Positions 54,050 through 64,000 of a stretch of 64,000 nt of DNA are shown here, one piece after another; the first letter of the stretch is position 1; every line of letters starts with the position of its first letter. The notes beneath the pieces were generated by a model. That model ran no database searches. It had not been told where the DNA came from and saw nothing but the letters and a program-made list of their open reading frames with translations. The position numbers were made by a program, and so were the translations under genes. Source of the DNA: Eledone cirrhosa (taxonomy: Eukaryota); the NCBI GenBank assembly GCA_964016885.1, contig OZ024740.1, positions 185,132,001 to 185,196,000 on the forward strand. The letters are read 5' to 3'.

Positions 54050-54830
54050 TATATGGGTGATTACTCAATGTTAAATTTAATGATACTAACAAAACTGCGG
54101 AAACGGATGAAAAAATCCTAATTTAGTAGGAAATCTAACCTATTTACGATGGTGGCAAGAAAAGGAGAAGTTGTTATGTTTGGGAAAGTGTAGGCCCTCA
54201 AAGATAAGGAAGTTGTTTTAGTCAAATCAGACCAGTATGATCTCGGATTGCAATGTTTAAAAAAATCATTGATAAGAATGACATGACAAATAAACCTAAA
54301 ATAGCCTGGATATTCAAAACTATATATGTTTTCATTATCTAACTAGAGAATGAGAATATATAGCACTCCAGCACTGGATAAATAAAAGGAAATAGAATAA
54401 TCATTGCTGAAAGCCAGTCAGCAGAGGGATTGTTTGTTATTTCTTTTTGTTTGTGTTAGTTATCTATTATTTTTTTTTAATCCACATCAACATACCAATA
54501 GTAATGCAATATTTCTTCGAAATATACAGCGGAACTTCAATTATTCACTTATTATTATTTTTATTTATTTTTAAGGATGAATAATTGGAGAAAGAAATAT
54601 AATGGCATACCATCTAAACTCTTTTTTACATTCTTGAAGAATGCATATAGACTTAAATGGAAACGATTGTGGTTTTGAGAAAGTAAAAGTTAATAATGTA
54701 TATATACATACGAGCTCATACAAATATATTTTATCAATAAGACGATTCATATTAAATAACATAGGAATCTTAAAAGTAGTGACAATTGTTAGAAACACAA
54801 TAAGTACAATGATACTATTGATTTTCTATT
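54050..54830 (-). pseudogene. Two disabled cadherin-like exons (about 54611-54830 and 54050-54295)
   Basis: LTIVTTFKIPMLFN...IYLYE...TLLTFTF...|gtatgc; attttag|GLFV...NIAIRDHTG/...LSLRAYTFPNITTSP. Confidence 0.4.
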
Positions 54831-55939
54831 TATAATATTATGTTTTCTATGGTTTTTATTTTACCAACTGGTTTCCATTCCACATCTGTTAAATCAAACT
54901 TAGTTACGTCTATACTATACACTGAATCTAAGTGAATAATTCATATATGATGAAGGGGGAGGTTGATGCATATACACACAAGCAGTCACAAACATACAAA
55001 TGTGTATATATATATATATAATAAATACAGAAATATTCTCTCTACAACGTTCAAATATTATAGAAATACTTCAGAATAACATATATATATCATAAAGAAT
55101 TACTTTTAAGTTTCATGAAACTTAACGTATAAGTAACTGTCACCATTTATGGTATTATAAAGTATAATAACAATTAATTTTGTTATTTATGATGTAAAAA
55201 ATATATTTATTTTACTCTAACTTTTGTACTGAATTCTACGTAAGATAATACTTGCACATTTCTATATATATATGTTTGTGCATACCAAATTATCAAATAA
55301 TGATCCAAGACAATATATTTATTTCATATATATTTATTTACTCATCTATATCTCCGTATGAAACCATACATAAGCAAAATGCAGATCATTAGACTCCCCA
55401 GTAGATGAGCAGCCCTGCTACATTAGTAACTTGGTTTATGTAGACATGTCCAACAATTACTAGCAGGGAAAACATACATCAAAAGGATTATGATGATAAT
55501 CTCCAAAATGAAGTTTTGTATGTCCTCCCACATTAGTCCTAAGTACTAGATAATTAATTGTATTGTATTCAAGATGGAAGAAAGGCAGGTGATAACAAAT
55601 TTGTCATTAAATATATAATACTATTTCAATCTTAACAATATAAAGAAATATGTCTAGGAAATCAATTGACAAGCTCCCATACCTTGTTTGCTTACTGAGT
55701 TGGGTAGAACTCATCAGATCAGACCAAGGAAACAATGTTTCCATTCGCCTTTCTATTGCTGATGCTATATACTGGTCACAACTCCTGGCAGAAAGAGCAA
55801 TATGGAATGAAGTGTATTGCTCAAGGATATAATGCATCGTGCAGTCCAGGAACCAAACTTACAAACTCACTATTGTGAAACTAATACTCTAATAACTAAG
55901 CCATGTGCCTTCACTATGGCATAAAAAAAACACAGCTGT

Positions 55940-56760
55940 CATTCAAAATTAAATGTGATTTGGTAGTGTGTTCCATTCTTTCACTAATGCTTTTAAGCAC
56001 TCATGCAAGTCCATCATCGACATGAAGATCCTAGAGAAAAGCTGCATGCAGAGAATTGTTTGTACACTACAAATCAGCTCTTCTCCTCAATGTTAAAACT
56101 GGATATATACAGAATGAACACACACATATGAAATATATACAACTAGGTAGAAAACTGGGTTGTGCACTCTACACATTTCTTTAGGCAAACCAATATCCAG
56201 CATCTACTGCTTGTTGTCTTCAGAGCCCTAAGCCTACGAAACATATGACCTATTCTCACACCTGTTATCTGAAGTTGCTACACTTTAATGTCAATATAAC
56301 TATGGTTAATCCGAAGACCATTCTCACAGAGGGAGACATTGGATATACAGTTAGCCCACTACAGCCCTTCACTGCAGAACTATTCATTAAAAAAATGGCT
56401 TGAAGATGAGAATAATCAATGTAAGATGGCAAACTGCCCCATCCACAACTTAGACATATATCTCCTATGAACGTATGTGGTATATGCTCCTCAATGTGTT
56501 AAATGTCGCAAATTTTATATGGGCGGATCTGTATGACAACTACACATCAATATCAAAGAACACCTCAACACACATGTATCCTCCTTAAGAAACACATAAA
56601 TAAGTGCAAGTGCAAGAACATTATAAAAATATAAGAGATAAAAATCTAACCCATGGATCGGAACACCAGTAATCTCTGAATACAATATAGTAATACAAAA
56701 TTGAAATCCCTTTCAACAATAAACTGGAACTAAACACCTAGTGGCTAACATAGACATACA
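55940..56760 (+). mobile_element. Penelope-like element relic (RT C-terminus and GIY-YIG endonuclease)
   Basis: CKMANCPI...*TYVVYAPQCVKCRKFYMGGSV*QLHINIKEHL at about 56420-56570; RKAACRELFVHYKSAL...K.GYIQNE upstream. Confidence 0.8.
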
Positions 56761-57156
56761 CAGTACCACATTACATTCCATTTAAAAAATGATACAACAA
56801 TAGCTTAGAACAGTATAAAGCTTTGATCTAATACCACGTATTCCAATCTCCACTTACAGCAATGAAAGAAAAAAATAGTTCCACTTTCAAATTTAAAAAA
56901 ATGGCAGCTTAAGAGCAATAAATATTAAACAGTTTTGCAGTAGTATTTTCTATTATTTTGATGAAGGGATTTTATATCAAAATATAAGAGCCTGTATAGT
57001 AGTGCAAAATAACAACATCCCAACATTATTGTCTCAACATAATTTTTAACATTTACTGTCCAATTCAAGTGATGGTAGCCTTCAAATAAAAAGACTATAT
57101 ATATATATATATAAGAAGGAATTTGCAGTTTACTTGAAGCATTGCATATGGTAGAT

Positions 57157-57956
57157 AGAATTCGAAGTTGGAAAGCCCCGACAATGCAGGGTTTGGACAA
57201 AGTCAAAATGCACAAAAAGTAGGGTTTGTTCTTTTTTACTTTAATTTATTCATATGACCTGATATTTCGAGATTAGTATCTCTTCGCCTGAGGAAAATAA
57301 AGGAACTGTAGAAGATCATGCCACCTAGCTTTGACTTTGGAGGCAGTCGATTAACTGCCCTTAGTTTTGACGTCAGTAGCTGAATACACTCTTTTTTCAA
57401 CTTCGTGTGTTGATGCAAGCAGACGCGTTTCATGGTGGTGAAACAGCGATATCACACCATGCGATCACGGGATATTTGAACACCGCCACAAAATGATAAT
57501 TACGAATTACCAATCAAGGAGCAACTGATATGATAACCTATTTTGTTTATTGCTCTGATTAAAATGCTCATGTACATATAATCTCGATATATGTTCTTTT
57601 TGCTTAATTGTTTACCTACACCTAACAACAAATAGAAGACACGTTCTACCAGCCAAGCTAGGGAAACGACTCCCCCCACTAAATCGTAAAACAACGCAGC
57701 CTTCTAATATGGTGACCATCTCTCCTAAAGAACTATTCCAGTGTCTGATGTGGCTTGCTCTACCATGCTGGCCGAAAGTGGTTTTAGTATTTATTTATTT
57801 ATTTATTTTAACCTCTTTTGTGTTAAAATTAAGGTCAAGACAGGTCAAAGGGGCAAAGAATCGTTTCCCTTTAAACACTACTTTTTGTGCTTTTTGCATT
57901 TTGAATTTTTCTCTGTCGAAACCCTGCTTTGTCGTGGCTTTCCAACTTCAAATTCT
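57157..57956. mobile_element. Non-autonomous DNA transposon (800 bp) with about 70-bp TIRs
   Basis: agaattcgaagttggaaagccccgacaatgcagggtttggaca... versus ...tgtcgaaaccctgctttgtcgtggctttccaacttcaaattct; TSD unclear. Confidence 0.8.
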
Positions 57957-57957
57957 C

Positions 57958-58034
<77 letters not shown>

Positions 58035-58083
58035 ATAAATTAACGGAGCCATAGACTCTCGCCATTCCCTATATATATATATA

Positions 58084-58119
<36 letters not shown>

Positions 58120-58379
58120 TTGTATATGTAAATAAGTGTATGTATGTCTATATTTCTGTATGTATATATTTATGCCAGAAAATAAATACAAAAACAAGAT
58201 GGAGGATGCACCTAAACTGCATACTCCATCTTGTTTTTAACTTGTCTCTATGCATCGAATGAGACAGTTTTGTTTTAGTCTTGAAATATCTGGTAATGCT
58301 TAAATAAGTCAAGCTGTTAATATAATATTTTACACATACACATATACTAGTGTGCAATTTAACAAATATAGTTTGATGC

Positions 58380-58937
58380 TTTCATCTGTTTCTGTTCAAA
58401 ACAATCTTTTAAAAAAATCACGTGACTCTTTATCAATAAATCTTTGTAAAATACATCAAGTTCATGAACTGCCAGGAAGAAATAGGAATTCAGCCGTTTC
58501 AGGCAATTTCGAAGAAAGAAGAAGAATTGTGTTCAAAAGGCTGTTAATGATGTTGAAAAGTGTAAAAAGAAAATACAGACATTGCAGCAATAGCAGAATA
58601 CCAGACATTAAGTAAGTTGTAGGCCAACGGCTTAAGTGTCTTTAACCCACTTGTCATTTCTGCAAAATAGAGTTCTGACGGAAATGTCAAGTCCCCCTCT
58701 CCTCACAGCATACAAATCTATTTCATATTACAAATTTTATTAACTGTATTTTGCCAACGGACACCTTCACAACTAGATTCTTTAGATTCTACACTTTTCT
58801 TTTTTCTTTTCCATTCAGTAATGAATCTTGTCACAATAGATGTATTCCATTTCTAAATATTGCAACAAAGAGTGATTAGCAAGAAGTAAGCTCCCTGCTG
58901 GTCAGGGTAATAATGTTCTGATCTCTGGTCAACTATT
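58380..58937 (-). pseudogene. Two disabled cadherin-like exons (58714-58937 and about 58380-58659)
   Basis: tttacag|IVDQR...GAYFLLITLCC...|gtatgc; ttttgcag|MTSGLKTLKPLAYNLLNVWY. Confidence 0.4.
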
Positions 58938-59961
58938 CTGTAAACACACTTTAAAAATTCATGAATGTCATAATTGCTACACTTTTACTTAAAGTATAAA
59001 TATCCTATAGTTTGAGGCTTTTTGTTCTTAGAAAAATAAATGAAATGTTAAAATAAAATTACAAGACAAAAAACATAGAAGAAAATTGAAGCTTCTTTCG
59101 GAGCCAAATACAAAATATTTGTTGAAAACGTTTCATTTCCATTACGAATACCTACAGATGTATAAAGTTATAACAAATCATTTTACCAAATACTGCTAAA
59201 AGATAGGAAATCATACCTAATCCAAAAGATGTCATCAACATTACATGATACATAAAAGTGGGGATTGGTATGAACAACAGATCAACAAATTAGAATGTCT
59301 TGCAATGTTTAGTTTCTTTATATCATAAGTTCAAATCCTGCTGACTTAGTACTTTATCATTTCGTAGTGAAGGAATAAGAACAATAAAATAAGTACCATT
59401 CAATAACTAGGATCGATTTGATCAAATATACTGCCTTCCCACATTTATGGCCTTGTGCCAATATTAAAAATTAATGTTACACCAAAAATAAGTTTTCATG
59501 AGCAGTTTCTTTGTAGTTGTCTCTCTCTCTCTTAACCACTTTTTCTCACTATCTTACTCTTTGTTGTTCCCACTGTATCTGTCTCTTTCTCTCTCTGTTT
59601 CTATCCCAGTCCCCCACCCCTACAGAAACCATATAAACTAACTATATTAATGAATTACTCTGATCATATACAATGCTAGACATGTCTATGCATAATTCTA
59701 TCAACTACATTGCAACTAATAAAGCCAGAATTCATTATTAAGTCAACTGAAAATAGAGAATTATTATTTATGAGGGAAATCAAGCATAAATTAGCTAATT
59801 AAACTTTACAATATACATTACAGTATTCTTGATGAAACTAATTGTCTTGGCTAATAGTGAAGTTATTTGATATGTGAATCAATTGCTTCCACTGTGTCTC
59901 TGAGAACACAGTTCTTTTTTAAGAGAAGATGGTAAACATAAAAGTATTTTAGACTACATAC

Positions 59962-60420
59962 CAAAATTTTAGTGGTCTCTTTCTATCCTATCTCATGAGA
60001 GTTTGCTTTATTTCTACTCCCTGTACCTAACTCTGACAATAGTTGTACATTCGCACCAAGTCCAGGAAAATCCCCCTACTTTAAGGTAAACAGCAAGATT
60101 GATGCCTCAGTACTGAGTACATCCTTTGAACGAAGAGATTTTCATGGGGACCTAATTATCATTATTCTCCTTTGAGAATATTATACATGCTTCTTCAACC
60201 GGGTTAACAGAAAACATCAACTATAACTTGATGCTGTGCAATTTCCCTTTACTTATTGAGACAAAGCTTTCAATAGAAAAGTTTCATGTCAATAATTTCT
60301 TCAATACATTTTATTGTCTTCTTTATCTAAGTATTTAAGTTAGCTTTACCATATTTGTAGTCATGACTTGAGAGCGAAATAATACCCATTGCAGTATTTA
60401 TTGAGAAGGATACACTCATT
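59962..60420 (-). pseudogene. Disabled cadherin-like exon
   Basis: 60327-60419: MSVSFSINTAMGIISLSSHDYKYGKANLNT* (cadherin F.I...G.I.....LDYE pattern); donor gtatgt at 59956-59961. Confidence 0.55.
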
Positions 60421-61024
60421 TAACTTCCCATGACCCAAAGCTAACTCACAGAAACTCTTGAAGTATATAGTATTAGGTAACAACATATATTCATGTAAGT
60501 TTCCATACCACAAGGCTAATCAACAAGGTATCTTGAAGTATGTAGTATTAGGTAACATAATATTTATTCATATAATAGATCTGCACTTCTTTACTGCAAA
60601 TAACAGTATATAATGATGTCAACTCTGACTGCTCATATTAAATACCTTGACCCCAAGAATAGGGCATTGAGAATGTATAGATGATTGACTCTTTGGCTGA
60701 GAATATATTGATTTCAGCAATAAATACTAATTACCATACATTTTCCTCAAAATAAGTTTTCATAATTAAGCTCTTTATTCTATTCTTTTTCTAAATATTT
60801 AATGTTTACAATTTTCATTCTTTTAATGAATGTTTCATATCATGTGTTTCTACTTGTCACAAGGAAACCAATAATGTGCAAATATCAGTAAATCATGAAT
60901 ATGTTATATATTCTTTCAGTTGCTTGTGATTCCTTAAATGTCATAATGAACTTTATTAGAACTAAATTCTCGATTACATATTTAAGCTACATGCCATTAT
61001 ATATACATATGCATCTACAATTAC

Positions 61025-62217
61025 CTTTTGAGTGCTTGACACCTAGTGCTCGTGTCTGATTTTATAAGGTTAAGCAGATAAGCTTTTCCTTGGAAATTGG
61101 AGGACATATAATGATTGAATTAATCTACCAGCTGATTTAACACCTTAACAACAGGTATATTGTCTGCAGAGTCTTGTCTGTTGCAAACATTTGAAACTTG
61201 ACTCTGGTCTAAGGATAAGTTCCTACCTTCCCCCCTCTTGACTCAGAGTACTTGTCCTGAAAACAGTCATGGACAGGGTCCTTTGTCATTCTGACTAAGA
61301 AGTAAATTAGAGTAAATAGTAGGTACATTCATAGATGGTGTGCTACATATTCTCAACAAGACATTAACATGAATAAAGTCTGTTTACTGGATTAACATTT
61401 AAAGATCTATATTTGTTTTTAATAAAGTGGTAGAAGGGCAGAGGTTTTAGTGAATTGGATGTAGTTCTTTGCATCATTTATTTCAGCTAGGGCAGAGAAA
61501 GAACAGTATTAGTAGAGCATCAGACAACAAGCTTTATGGCATACAGTTATGGCTCTTTATGTTCTGAGTTCAAATCCTGCTGAGTTTAGCTTTACCTGTT
61601 ACCCTGACAGCGTTGAAAGAAAATACCAATAATGCACTGGGATAGATTTACTCAACTTTTCACTCTCTCAGAACTTGCCCTTGTGTCTAACCAGAAACCA
61701 TCATTTATTCTAGCTCTTTTTATTCTTAAATTCTTAAATCAAATCCTACCAAGGCCAACTTTACTTTTCCTCATTCTGGGTTTGATTATGTACCAATCTA
61801 GGCTGATAGAATGATGTCAGAATTGTTAGAGCCTGATGGGATGCCTTGTGGCATTTGTTCTGGTTCTTTGCATTCAGAGTTCCCAATCTGCTGTGTACTA
61901 CCTGATTGGTAAACTAGATCCATCGCCCAGTTTACCATCACCACCTGACTGTTGGGCATCTTTATTGGAGTTCACTCTGTTGCAATCATTTGTTCCAGAT
62001 CTCCAGTTTGAAAATACTTTTCTCCTGTCCACTAGGCTTAGAGGTTTTGAAAAAGGTCATGGATACTTCCCCTCCCTCTATGACTAAACCATAAAAGTAT
62101 TTTACATCAGATTGGAGAAAATGATAAGACATTATCTTATTTGTTTTAATATTAAAATGTTGGTTATTAAAGAATGATTTCGTATTACACTGTTTCTCTG
62201 TCATGAATATTGCTATA
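61025..62217 (-). pseudogene. Two disabled cadherin-like exons (61902-62217 and 61025-61163)
   Basis: atcttag|IAIFMTEKQCNTKSFFNNQHFNI...FKTSKPSGQEKSIFKLEI; ctgcag|NIPVVKVLNQLVD*FNHYMSSNFQGKAY...|gtaatt. Confidence 0.45.
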
Positions 62218-63849
62218 CTAAGATATCATTATAGATTAAATTTATTGGAAAGTGAACAATACAGTAAAATAAAAATAATGGCAATGAAATAATATGCAAA
62301 AGAAATGTAACTAGTATTTATTATTTGGATAAGCTGTATCCAGTCATATCTTATAAAGAATCTACAATCAATCTTTGAGTAATATACAACATCTTCATGT
62401 CTACAAATTCACTTCTAAATATTGCTGTTCCATCTATGTAAGAGGTTTACAAAAGATTTGATAAGAAATAAAATAGAATTTCAATATATTTGAGAACCAA
62501 AGGTTGACAAAACTTTTTCCTCTTTTCTCCAATTCATTACAAATCATTGTTATGCACAGAATCAATATGATTTTGTAACATGGCAGAAGATATATGAATT
62601 GTATTTGCTATTTTTTTTCACTTTGAGAAAATGCACATACAGTTCCGTAGTTATTGCTAAATAAATGTATATGCTATAATAGATATTGTCATATGACTCT
62701 ATAAACCATAAATGCTATGTATTTGCATTCTGTACAAATGCATGATTTATCTATAAAATACATCGCTAATACATTTTATCCCCAATTTAAATATATTTTA
62801 AATAGCCAGAAACAAAATTTTATTGATGCAAGCAGGTCTTCACAAACACAAATACACTCGTTACACATATCGACACACATACTCTTACACACACACACAC
62901 ACCACACACACCACACATACACACATATTTGTCTATAAAATATATACAGTATAGACTCATATATAAGTGTGTTTGTGTGTATAAGTATGTAAACAAAGAA
63001 AGAAAGAGAGATAGTGTCCAGCATCTAATTAATTATAGAATATTTTTCATACTAATAGAACCATTATAAACGCATGCATGTATAGTTGAGATGCATACAT
63101 GAAATAACGAACATATACAAACACACAGCATTCAATAGAATGGAAATGGACCCCACATTTTTCTTCATTTTTTTCCTTACTGAAATAGATATTGGAAAGC
63201 ATCATGTAGTAGTATATCATTATGTGAATTTTATAGAATTTTCATATCCATAAAATGTGGTTTTATTGATAATATAGAGGATCATTTCCAGAGTCCATTT
63301 ATGTAAATATGTTGAGCCTTTTATCTTTGCCTGCCTACACCTAACTCAATCAATAATAAAAAGAAGCAACACACAGAGGCATACACACACACACTCACTC
63401 ACACACTCACTCACTCACTCACACACATATATTAAACAGGCCTCCTCTACTTAAGGCCTGAATGCATCTCTTGTTAATTCCCATGAATGATGATGCTGTG
63501 TGTTTTTTTTTTTACCCCTTACCTTATTGCAGTTTTGGTGGTCTTATTCACGCCAGTCACCAATCTAATAATTTCTCAAAACCATGAAGACTAGGCATTT
63601 TTAGAGGTGGCATTTACTCACTGTGTCATAGCTACATCATTGGGTTGTAAGTGTTTTCTTAGGAGCTACAGATATCACACATTGCCCCATATCTCCAAGT
63701 AGCTTACTGCTGTTAGTCTACATTCAGACCTTAGTCAAAGGGGCTTGTTTGAAAAATGTATTGCAGTCTCCATTTCATGTCATAACAACTGTTGATGGGC
63801 CTAGAACCTTTCCTGAGATGTGGGATGGATACACAAAGATGGTTCGAAA

Positions 63850-64000
63850 GGGAGAAAACATTGACAATTATAACCTTGAATATCACAACCATTACAGGTA
63901 CTAGTGGAGGAGGCTAAATCTAGTTGCAGGAACTTGTGGAAGAGGCTAGATGTTACTGGCTAGATATAGCCGAAGTTTCCTCAACAGTGTTCCCTGTCTC
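63850..64000 (+). mobile_element. Degenerate RTE LINE, start of the AP-endonuclease domain (runs off the window)
   Basis: TLNITTITG.../QELVEEARCYWLDIAEVSST resembles the TWNV..L.G..ELV.E..RY.LDI.G.SST start of RTE ORFs. Confidence 0.6.

Larger units (their letters stand above)
50443..54050 (+). mobile_element. Tandem array of SINE family B (about 50443-50660, 51338-51524, 53487-53703, 53737-53952, 53955-54041) with two LINEs in the (ATT)n spacers
   Basis: Each full copy starts gg(c/t)ggtggattg and ends ggccttgtg-N8-agaaac + (ATT)n; the last copy is 5'-truncated. Confidence 0.9.
6387..62217 (-). pseudogene. Putative unprocessed (intron-containing) cadherin-repeat pseudogene; it probably extends beyond these limits
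   Basis: At least 15 minus-strand segments, many with polypyrimidine-AG acceptors and GTAAG/GTATG donors, translate to cadherin-like motifs (FSIN..G.I.L..DY; ISAGN..FKIN..GRI...SLER; TVRY; PKF). Most contain stops or frameshifts. Confidence 0.6.

Noticed and set aside
50443-54050. Repeat-spacer pattern resembling a CRISPR array
   Set aside because: The repeats are roughly 200-bp SINEs in eukaryotic DNA, and there are no cas genes.

Overview
AT-rich eukaryotic DNA, most likely cephalopod (octopus-like). That assignment is inferred from huge (TA)n/(TATG)n microsatellites, tRNA-derived SINEs and RTE-clade LINEs. No intact host protein-coding gene is visible, and most ORFs in the supplied track are microsatellite artefacts. 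Reading the minus strand by hand shows a chain of GT-AG-bounded, mostly disabled exons from about 62.2 kb down to 6.4 kb. Their translations repeatedly resemble cadherin repeats, which suggests a large unprocessed cadherin-superfamily pseudogene. Mobile DNA fills the rest of the window: a long RTE LINE with a PHD finger, RTE 3' fragments, a Tx1 LINE and an R4/Dong-type LINE nested in a tandem SINE array at (ATT)n spacers, two SINE families, a Penelope-like GIY-YIG relic, several hammerhead-ribozyme motifs (one nearly intact) and several MITEs. The most notable observations are: (1) a SINE/Tx1 pair with matching 3' ends and a shared (ATT)n target; (2) a TSD-flanked chimera of a pre-tRNA-Asp and the 3' half of that SINE; (3) the cadherin-like pseudogene; (4) the hammerhead motifs and associated fold-back palindromes. 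All family calls come from manual motif recognition, with no database search.
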